The notes under the pieces: generated by a model | The model's database searches: none | Told to the model about the DNA's origin: nothing | What the model saw: the letters and a program-made list of their open reading frames with translations, nothing else | Position numbers and translations under genes: made by a program | Part shown: positions 1 through 6,584 of the stretch, in pieces | Numbering within the stretch: position 1 is the first letter of the stretch | How the letters are laid out: each line of letters begins with the position of its first letter | Source: Pedosphaera sp. | Lineage (GTDB): Bacteria > Verrucomicrobiota > Verrucomicrobiia > Limisphaerales > SIBH01 | Direction of reading: 5' to 3' | NCBI GenBank assembly: GCA_031414955.1 | Contig: JANOQV010000083.1 | Coordinates: forward strand, 1 to 11,169 | DNA: 11,169 bases

Positions 1-771
1 CTGCTCGTGGGCGGCATCGACAAGCTGTTCGAGATCGGGAAGAACTTCCGCAACGAAGGACTCTCGCGCCGGCACAATCCCGAGTTCACGATGCTGGAAG
101 CCTACTGCGCGTTCGGCGATTACGAGTCGATGATGGAGACGGTGGAGGCGTTGATAACCACCGTCGCGCAGAAGGTGCTGGGCGGCCTCGTCATCGAGAC
201 GAAGGATGCGGAAGGCCAAGTGATCAAGTCCATTGACCTCTCGCCGAAATGGAAGCGCGCCCGCTACAAAGACCTCGTGAAAGAGAAGGCTGGCACGGAC
301 TGGTTCAACATCTCTCCTGCCGAACGCCGCCAACGTGCCCACGATCTCGGCGCGGAGATTGGAAAAGAATACGAGGACTTTGAAGTGACGGGCGCGGTCT
401 TCGAGAAGCTGATTGAGCCAACGCTCATCCAACCAACCTTCGTGACTCACCTTCCCAAAGAACTCGTCCCGCTCGCCAAGCTCTCGCCTGACGACCCGAC
501 GACCGTGGAAGTGTTTGAGTGCTGCATCAACGGACAGGAAATCGCGCCGGGCTACACCGAACAAAACGACCCCATCGCGCAACGCAACACCTTGGAACAC
601 CAAGCGGGCGGCGAACAGCAAAAGCTCGATGAGGATTTCCTTGTGGCCCTTGAGCACGGGATGCCGCCAGCGGGAGGAATCGGGATTGGGATTGATCGCC
701 TGTGCATGATGTTGCTGGGGCAGGAGAGCATCAGGGACGTGATTCTGTTTCCACAGTTGAAACCGAAGTGA
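1..771 (+). CDS. lysS: Lysine--tRNA ligase (class II), 3' portion; starts upstream of window
   Basis: Motif 2 region [47 protein letters not shown], motif 3 [17 protein letters not shown] and the IRDVILFP terminus; TGA at 769-771. Confidence 0.98.
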   Translation: MLVGGIDKLFEIGKNFRNEGLSRRHNPEFTMLEAYCAFGDYESMMETVEALITTVAQKVLGGLVIETKDAEGQVIKSIDLSPKWKRARYKDLVKEKAGTDWFNISPAERRQRAHDLGAEIGKEYEDFEVTGAVFEKLIEPTLIQPTFVTHLPKELVPLAKLSPDDPTTVEVFECCINGQEIAPGYTEQNDPIAQRNTLEHQAGGEQQKLDEDFLVALEHGMPPAGGIGIGIDRLCMMLLGQESIRDVILFPQLKPK

Positions 772-1367
772 AACAGCTTTTGCGAATGAAGCTGATGACT
801 TACCAACCAACATCGGCTTCTCCCGATGAGTTTGTTGAGTATTGGAGCAAGGTTTACCCCGAACAGGAAGACGCTGACCTGTACAGACTGAACATCGGTC
901 ATCTCTCACAGAAAGCTCTCCAAGACCTCTTTCTCTGGAAATTTGGGCTACGGTTCGCAGTGACGACGAGAAAGGCAGTAGAAAAAGAAATCATTCCGCG
1001 TTTGGACGAGTTGAACACGTTGCCAAACAATCTCGGAGCGGACGTTTTTCTGCGGCGCTTTTCAAAGGGCGGCGCGGTATTTCGGATTTTCCTGTTGCAC
1101 TGCTGGCGTCACAAACGATTCCCAATCTATGATCAGCACGTCCATCGGGCGATGAGTGCGATCAAATTTGGCCAGTGTGAGGAGATAGGGGCATGGTCCG
1201 ACAAAGAAAAAGTCGCTTCGTATTTGGACGATTATCTTGCATTTCACAGAGCCTTCGCCGGTTCAAATGAGCGCCGGGTCGATATGGCTTTGTGGGCGTT
1301 CGGCAAGTTCATCAAGACTTCCAGACTTCCGATGCCGCTTTCGAGAAACTCATCGAGCCGACACTGA
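768..1367 (+). CDS. Hypothetical protein, possibly helix-hairpin-helix DNA glycosylase-like
   Basis: GTG at 768 overlaps the lysS stop (GTGA); later in-frame ATG starts are possible. Motifs [15 protein letters not shown]5[12 protein letters not shown] and [12 protein letters not shown] recall HhH/OGG-like proteins. Lower GC than lysS. The last codons run into lysS repeat L1. Confidence 0.6.
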   Translation: MKQLLRMKLMTYQPTSASPDEFVEYWSKVYPEQEDADLYRLNIGHLSQKALQDLFLWKFGLRFAVTTRKAVEKEIIPRLDELNTLPNNLGADVFLRRFSKGGAVFRIFLLHCWRHKRFPIYDQHVHRAMSAIKFGQCEEIGAWSDKEKVASYLDDYLAFHRAFAGSNERRVDMALWAFGKFIKTSRLPMPLSRNSSSRH

Positions 1368-1704
1368 TTCAGCCGACGTTCGTCACGCATCTGCCGAAGG
1401 AACTCGTGCCGCTGGCCAAGCTCTCGCCCGACGACCCGACCACGGTGGAAGTCTTCGAGTGCTGCATCAACGGGCAGGAGATCGCGCCCGGCTACACCGA
1501 GCAAAACGATCCCATCCAGCAGCGCAACACGCTGGAGCACCCGGCCGGCGGCGAGCAGCAGAAGCCAGATTTCCTCGTCGCTCTCGAACACGGCATGCCC
1601 CCGGCGGGCGGCATCGGCATCGGCATCGACCGCCTGTGCATGATGCTCCTCGCCAGGAAAGCATCCGCGACGTGATCCTCTTCCCGCAGTTGAAGCCCAA
1701 ATAG
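1340..1704 (+). pseudogene. lysS: lysS 3'-end copy L1 (matches lysS 400..771)
   Basis: Encodes [14 protein letters not shown]...[13 protein letters not shown], with a 6-nt deletion (QKLDEDF->QKPDF) and a 1-nt frameshift near MLL; no 5' part of the gene. Confidence 0.95.
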
Positions 1705-1709
1705 CGGCG

Positions 1710-1737
1710 TTGCAAATCCACGCCTCCGCCCTACACT
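1710..1737 (+). promoter_or_regulatory. Putative sigma70 promoter, leaderless start of antitoxin gene
   Basis: TTGCAA (1710-1715), 16 nt spacer, TACACT (1732-1737); GTG start at 1744 is 6 nt downstream; no Shine-Dalgarno. Confidence 0.6.
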
Positions 1738-1743
1738 GCCCGT

Positions 1744-1974
1744 GTGAATGCCATCGCCGTCGAATTGGACCGGAAACTTCAAGGTCTTGATCCCGACACT
1801 GCCGCCTCCGTGGAGCGACTGGTGCGGGACGCCTTGCATCTGGCCGAGCAGAAGCGCGCCGCCGCACCGAAGGAATCGCACCGTGAATTCATTCAACGCC
1901 TGCGCGGTTCATTTGGCGACGAGCCATTTGAGCGTCCGCCGCAGGGAGAGTTTGAAAAGCGCGAGGATTGGTGA
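1744..1974 (+). CDS. Putative antitoxin (VapB-type) of PIN toxin
   Basis: 76 aa, C-terminal LRGSFGDEPFERPPQGEFEKREDW typical of VapC partners; TGATG overlap with the toxin gene. Confidence 0.8.
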   Translation: MNAIAVELDRKLQGLDPDTAASVERLVRDALHLAEQKRAAAPKESHREFIQRLRGSFGDEPFERPPQGEFEKREDW

Positions 1975-2387
1975 TGGCGTGGCTTCTGGACACGAATGCG
2001 TGGATTAGCTTCTTGAAGCCGGGTCAGCCGGCTGGGAAGGCCATCGCCGACCGGCTGGCTGCACTTCAGGAAAGTGAAATCCTTCTTTGCTCCTTGGTGA
2101 AGGCCGAACTCTGGCATGGCGCGGAAAAATTCGGCAACCGCGAGTCGCGGCTGGCGAAACTCGCGGAGGTGTTCGCCCGCTACAATTCTCTGCCCTTTGA
2201 TGACGCTGCCGCGCGCCACTACGCGGCTGTCCGGCATGATTTGGAAACACGCGGACAAGTCATCGGGCCAAACGATTTGAAAATTGCCGCCATCTGCCTT
2301 GCGCATGGATTGACGCTGGTCAGCAACAATACGAGCGAGTTCAGCCGTGTTGCTGGATTGAAGGCGGAAGACTGGACGAAAGCGTAA
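1974..2387 (+). CDS. vapC: VapC PIN-domain ribonuclease toxin
   Basis: WLLDTNAWI, SLVKAELWHG, LPFDDAAA, IGPNDLKIAAICLAHGLTLVSNNTSEFSRV: canonical PIN motifs. Confidence 0.95.
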   Translation: MAWLLDTNAWISFLKPGQPAGKAIADRLAALQESEILLCSLVKAELWHGAEKFGNRESRLAKLAEVFARYNSLPFDDAAARHYAAVRHDLETRGQVIGPNDLKIAAICLAHGLTLVSNNTSEFSRVAGLKAEDWTKA

Positions 2388-2393
2388 TCAAAG

Positions 2394-2710
2394 CACGCCT
2401 CTGCCGAAGGAGCTCGTGCCGCTGGCCAAGCTCTCGCCCGACGACCCGACCACGGTGGAAGTCTTCGAGTGCTGCATCAACGGCCAGGAGATTGCGCCCG
2501 GCTACACCGAGCAGAACGATCCCATCGCGCCGCGCCACACGCTGGAGCACCAGGCCGGCGGCGAGCAGCAGAAGCCAGATTTCCTCGTGGCCCTCGAACA
2601 CGGCCTGCCCCCAGCGGGCGGCCTCGGCATCGGCATCGACCGCCTCTGCCTGATGCTCCCAGGAAAGCATCCGCGACGTGATTCCGTTTCCGCAGTTGAA
2701 GCCGAAGTGA
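2394..2710 (+). pseudogene. lysS: lysS 3'-end copy L2 (matches lysS ~444..771)
   Basis: [16 protein letters not shown]...PQLKPK*; same KPDF deletion as L1, larger deletion at MLLGQ. Confidence 0.95.
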
Positions 2711-2718
2711 CAGCACGC

Positions 2719-2747
2719 TTGAAACCCGCATCGCTCCTCGCGATAGT
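2719..2747 (+). promoter_or_regulatory. Putative sigma70 promoter, leaderless start
   Basis: TTGAAA (2719-2724), 17 nt spacer, GATAGT (2742-2747); ATG 2754 is 6 nt downstream. Confidence 0.55.
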
Positions 2748-2753
2748 GCGTCC

Positions 2754-2960
2754 ATGAGTGCAGCAGAAGCCACGGCGGAAGTTTTCGTCACCGCGTTCAA
2801 GTCCTTGAAGCCGCGCCAGCGCGAGGCCGTGCTGGAACGGATGCTGGAAGACGAGGGTATTTCCGCTGACATCGCTGACACGCTGGCTTTGGAAGCGCGC
2901 CGCCATCAGCCGCGCCAGCCCTTCCGGCAGGTGCTGAAAGAACTCGGCATCAAGGCGTGA
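2754..2960 (+). CDS. Putative antitoxin of RelE/ParE toxin
   Basis: 68 aa upstream of the toxin with GTGA overlap; C-terminal PFRQVLKELGI typical of RelE partners. Confidence 0.8.
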   Translation: MSAAEATAEVFVTAFKSLKPRQREAVLERMLEDEGISADIADTLALEARRHQPRQPFRQVLKELGIKA

Positions 2961-3214
2961 ACTGGCAGATTGAAATCGCCCGCGATGCCCGCAAGGAACT
3001 CGCCAGCCTTCATTCGCAGATGCAGATTCGGATTTCCAAGGCCATCCTCGCGCTTGAGAACAACCCCTTCCCGAACGGCTGCAAAAAGCTTAAGAACCGC
3101 GACGGCTACCGTATTCGCGTCGGTGACTATCGGGTGCTGTATTTCATGGACACGAAATTGAAACGGATTGTCATCGGCAGCATCGGTCATCGCCGAGAAG
3201 TTTATCGCGACTGA
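2957..3214 (+). CDS. relE: RelE/ParE family toxin
   Basis: ARKELASL, LENNPFPNGCKKLK, YRIRVGDYRVLY, IGHRREVYR. Confidence 0.95.
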   Translation: MNWQIEIARDARKELASLHSQMQIRISKAILALENNPFPNGCKKLKNRDGYRIRVGDYRVLYFMDTKLKRIVIGSIGHRREVYRD

Positions 3215-3215
3215 C

Positions 3216-3341
3216 CGCCTCTACGGCGAAGGCCAAGAGAAGCTGCTGCGGGTGGTGGTTGAAGAAACGGAAGCTGAAATTGTGGCGGTGACGGTTTATC
3301 CTGTTTCGCAGGTCAAACGATATTGGAAGGAAGCACCATGA
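3216..3341 (+). pseudogene. 5'-truncated DUF4258-like toxin remnant
   Basis: Reads RLYGEGQEKLLRVVVEETEAEIVAVTVYPVSQVKRYWKEAP*; its TGA overlaps the DUF2283 ATG (ATGA); the N-terminal half is missing. Confidence 0.75.
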
Positions 3342-3553
3342 AGCTCACATACGACAAAGAGACCGACACGCTGTTGATTGTGCTGAAGAGCAGCGCGATC
3401 ACGGGGACCGAAGAGGTGCGCCCCGGCGTGCTGGCGGACTTGGATGAGAGCGGCGCGTTGGTGAGCATGGAAGTCCTCAATGCCTCTCGCAAAGTGGAGA
3501 CCTTGAACGATTTGCTCGCGAGCCACTTGCCGGTTGAATTGGAAGTGGCGTGA
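3338..3553 (+). CDS. DUF2283 family protein (putative antitoxin)
   Basis: MKLTYDKETDTLLI...EEVRPGVLADLDESGALVSMEVLNAS signature. Confidence 0.88.
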   Translation: MKLTYDKETDTLLIVLKSSAITGTEEVRPGVLADLDESGALVSMEVLNASRKVETLNDLLASHLPVELEVA

Positions 3554-3563
3554 CCAGCCCGTA

Positions 3564-3789
3564 GCCGAAGGAACTCGTGCCGCTGGCCAAGCTCTCGCCC
3601 GACGACCCGGCCACGGTGGAAGTCTTCGAGTGCTGCATCAACGGGCAGGAGATTGCGCCCGGCTACACCGAGCAGAATGATCCCATCGCGCCGCGCCACA
3701 CGCTGGAGCACCAGGCCGGCGGCGAGCAGCAGAAGCCAGATTTCCTCGTCGCCCTCGAACACGGCCTGCCCCCAGCGGGCGGCCTCGGC
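3564..3789 (+). pseudogene. lysS: lysS 3'-region copy L3 (matches lysS ~453..686), truncated by fusion to thrS copy
   Basis: [14 protein letters not shown]...LPPAGGLG; shares APRHT, KPDF and LPPAGGL changes with L2. Confidence 0.93.
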
Positions 3790-4200
3790 TTCGCGCCGGT
3801 CGGGCCGCCGTGGTGGAGACGCACCCTCACCGCGCGGGCTTCCATGTCGCGACCGCCGATGACGTCGTAACGCAGATTGGCAATCTGCCGTATCGCCGAC
3901 TGGCAGTCGGCAGGGCGTCGCCAGACAGAACGCGCAAAAAATATCCCACGACCTCCGGCGCAGCACCGCCCCGCAGATTGGCAATCTGCGACACGGCAGA
4001 CTGCCAGTCTGCGCTACTGCGTTGGAAATCATCGCCCCCGCTCGCGATTTATAGGAGTTGAACGGCGTCGCGCTGAAATCCGCATCCACGCGCACCATGT
4101 TCGCGCGCAGTTCGGCCACGATGAACTGGGCGTAGTTGATCAACGCTTCGTCGTCGTTGAGCGTGATCACGCGCACCTGATCCGGCGCGAGCCAGAGCGG
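3785..4200 (-). pseudogene. thrS: thrS 3'-region copy T1 (matches thrS ~10426..10694), interrupted by REP doublet and 21-nt insertion
   Basis: PLWLAPDQVRVITLNDDEALINYA...DFSATPF, then ISNA and AVRVRLHHGGP.GAKP; insertion at 4037-4057. Confidence 0.92.
3867..4017. repeat. REP doublet (REPIN-like), GTAG type
   Basis: Left arm GTAACGCAGATTGGCAATCTGCCGTATCGCCGACTGGCAGTCGGC (3867-3911) and inverted right arm ending GCAGACTGCCAGTCTGCGCTAC (3972-4017); each arm has two hairpins. Confidence 0.85.
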
Positions 4201-4331
4201 CCATCTTGGCCCTGTTGAGAGTTGCTCAAAAGTTGGCTTCCTCACGAGTTGACTTGCCAACTTGACCTTGGAGACAAAAGAATGGATTATTGGCGAATGA
4301 ACTGCGAGAAATTAAAATCAGGAGCATTGTT

Positions 4332-5381
4332 ATGAATGTGATTCTTACACACAAGCTGCGCCGACTTGGGATAACTGTCTTGCTCGTGTGGGCAACTGTT
4401 TATCCGTTAACCAGTCGGGGTGAAATTTATACGACAGTGGATAATCGCGGTCACTGTCAGCACGACTACGCCGCATCAGCTAACCCATTTACATGGACTA
4501 CCGAGAGTATAGCGCCATACCACGGACCAAGAAGCGACGGCTGGAATGTCTATACTGTAGATTACAATCTTATAGGTAATGGTCTTTTTGGTGGCATTCA
4601 ACTTTGCTCGGAGTCTGTCACGATCATTTGGCGAAATAATCCAAGGCAAAACCACGAACGAGTTGACCGGATTAAAAGGAAAATAACCATACAAAACTTG
4701 TTCAACAAATACGACCCCAACAGCGACGAATACCAATACAGATACAGACCGAGACCGCAGCCTAAGGAAAATAAAAACTTGTTTAGAATAAAAACCCCTT
4801 CGGCGGTGGTGGGGACTCGATGTTCACTAGACAAGAAGTTCATCGGTATTGACCTGATTGAAGCTTCACCGGATGGGGCACTGCTTGATTTCACGCTCAC
4901 CCAATCGAATATCCTCGCAGGCGAGGTTATTCACATGATGATCGAAGCTAAAGGCGATGAAGATTGGATTGAGTTGGCAGCCAACGGAACGAACTTTATG
5001 TGTCTCCCACTCGCCGATTTTGACGTGGGCGAGTATTATGAAATTGACGTGCCGTCCGAGTTGCTGGTGGTGGGAAAAAACACTTACAGCTATTTCCTGA
5101 ACAGCACCGGCGCGGTAAACTCAACCATCTTCTTCCCGCTCGGCGTGCCGGCGGATGAGCCTCCAACCATTGGCGCATTTACCATCACGAACTCAAACTT
5201 TGCCCTGCAACTGACCAACTTGGTGTATGGCCTCGACTATGCCATCGAGCAGTCCGTCGCGCTCGCAACCACCAACTGGCAGTCGGTGGCAACCTTTACC
5301 GCAACCAATGATTTTCACTCCCTCAGCGTGCCGATGACAAATGCGGCAATGTTCTATCGCGCCGCAATTTCACCGCCGTAG
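4332..5381 (+). CDS. Putative secreted protein with C-terminal Verrucomicrobia-type beta domain
   Basis: AGGAG at 4320-4324 before ATG 4332; signal peptide (KLRRLGITVLLVWATVYP); C-terminal YAIEQSVALATTNWQSV...MFYRA motif; AT-rich N-terminal half. Confidence 0.75.
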   Translation: MNVILTHKLRRLGITVLLVWATVYPLTSRGEIYTTVDNRGHCQHDYAASANPFTWTTESIAPYHGPRSDGWNVYTVDYNLIGNGLFGGIQLCSESVTIIWRNNPRQNHERVDRIKRKITIQNLFNKYDPNSDEYQYRYRPRPQPKENKNLFRIKTPSAVVGTRCSLDKKFIGIDLIEASPDGALLDFTLTQSNILAGEVIHMMIEAKGDEDWIELAANGTNFMCLPLADFDVGEYYEIDVPSELLVVGKNTYSYFLNSTGAVNSTIFFPLGVPADEPPTIGAFTITNSNFALQLTNLVYGLDYAIEQSVALATTNWQSVATFTATNDFHSLSVPMTNAAMFYRAAISPP

Positions 5382-5404
5382 CTTCCGACATCGCCAAGTG
5401 TAGC

Positions 5405-5509
5405 TCACGCCCTTCTCTCCCAAATACTCGCCAAAATATCCGCCACGACCTCCGCCTTCGGCTTCGCGCCTTGCGGGCCGCCGTGGTGGAGACGCACGCT
5501 CACCGCGCC
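5405..5509 (-). pseudogene. thrS: thrS extreme 3'-end copy T2 (matches ~10374..10478, includes stop)
   Basis: GAVSVRLHHGGPQGAKPKAEVVADILA...RRA* alignable to the thrS end. Confidence 0.9.
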
Positions 5510-5511
5510 AT

Positions 5512-5820
5512 TCATACAAAGAAGCCTCCGAAGACCGGCGGTATTTCCCGAGCCACGCAACGCAGGCTGGTCTGGCGCTGGCGCAAGGCGGCATCCAGCC
5601 GTTCCGCCGGCTCTTCCGAGACGAGGACTTCCTCAATCAATTCGCGGTGCGCTTGAAAGCGTTCACGATACGGATGGCGCTGATCCATCCAATGGGCCAG
5701 AAGACGGGCGCGCATCTCCGGCAAACGCCACATGCGGCGTCCGTAAACAAAACGGGCCACGTCATCCCAATTCGGGTAGTCGCCCCAGACACTTCGGACG
5801 TTTTCTGTGTTTGTCTGCAT
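5512..5820 (-). CDS. Hypothetical protein (102 aa)
   Basis: MQTNTENVRSVWGDYPNWDDVARF...IPPVFGGFFV; protein-like composition, upstream promoter match; no family recognised. Confidence 0.7.
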   Translation of the reverse strand: MQTNTENVRSVWGDYPNWDDVARFVYGRRMWRLPEMRARLLAHWMDQRHPYRERFQAHRELIEEVLVSEEPAERLDAALRQRQTSLRCVAREIPPVFGGFFV

Positions 5821-5827
5821 GATCCCC

Positions 5828-5856
5828 ACTATGGCAGAGCGAGGCGCTCGGCCCAA
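5828..5856 (-). promoter_or_regulatory. Putative sigma70 promoter, leaderless start
   Basis: Minus strand TTGGGC, 17 nt spacer, CATAGT, then 7 nt to ATG at 5820. Confidence 0.45.
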
Positions 5857-5951
5857 GCGGCATGTGCGCGATCCCTTGGCTCGTTTCGCTTGCGCTTGGG
5901 CACCAGCAGATCCGCCACTGCGGGGACAACCACGAGCAGGTGGCCATACTG

Positions 5952-6503
5952 CTTGCGGACCGACGTGGTGCAGACGCACGCTCACCGCGTCGGCTTCCGT
6001 GTCACGACCGCCGATGACGACTGTAGCCGACGACGTGAGGAGGCGGGAAGCTTCCTGAACGTTCCGCGTTGGCACTCTCCGCCTTGAACGGCGTCGCGCT
6101 GTAATCGGCATCCACTCGCACCATGTTCGCGCGCAGTTCGGCCACGACGGGCTTGGCGTAGTTGATCAACGCCTCGTCGTCGTTGAGCGTGATGACGAGC
6201 ACCTGATCCGGCGCGAGCCAGAGCGGGAAGTTGCCCGCGTAATGCTCGATGAGGAAACCGATGAACCGCTCGTGCGTGCCGAGCGGCGCGCGATGGATGC
6301 ACAACGGCGTCTTGTTCGTGTTGTCTTTGTCGCGGTAGGTCAGGCCGAACTTGGCGGGAACGGCGAAGTCCACCTGGTTGGTGGCGATGGTGAATTCGCG
6401 GCCGATGGCGCTCCACACCTGCACGTCAATCTTCGGCCCGTAGAACGCCGCCTCGTTGGCCACCTCCACATAGTTGATGCCCGATTCGATCAACACCTGG
6501 CGC
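5952..6503 (-). pseudogene. thrS: thrS 3'-region copy T3 (matches ~10439..10971)
   Basis: RQVLIESGINYVEVANEAAFYGPKIDVQ...IHRAPLGTHERFIGFLIEHYAGNFPLWLAP...SNAE; 6019-6060 replaces thrS 10506-10528. Confidence 0.95.
6023..6046 (+). repeat. Single GTAG-type REP-like element
   Basis: GTAGCCGACGACGTGAGGAGGCGG, an imperfect palindrome headed by GTAG, inside non-thrS sequence. Confidence 0.6.
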
Positions 6504-6584
6504 GTCTGGTGACAACGTGGTTCAACTTGGGCAAAACTTTTCAAATTCAACTCGCGTAAAAAGTTTCTGCGAACTCCGCTCAAA

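Noticed and set aside
1292..3870. ORFs 1292-1675, 2416-2757 and 3577-3870 as functional mini-LysRS or EpmA paralogs
   Set aside because: They lack motifs 1 and 2, carry deletions and frameshifts, and have no credible translation starts; they are 3'-end DNA copies
3313..4260. 315-aa minus-strand ORF
   Set aside because: A chance read-through of the thrS fragment, REP doublet, antisense lysS copy and antisense DUF2283
4262..4335. TTGACC-17-GATTAT promoter with a 12-codon upstream ORF (4297-4335) overlapping the ATG at 4332
   Set aside because: The -10 match is weak, and the main gene has its own AGGAG ribosome-binding site; may be coincidental
1340..6503. Repeats as pure assembly artefact
   Set aside because: Each copy has distinct substitutions, indels and endpoints with a nested pattern of shared changes; read-level confirmation is still advisable
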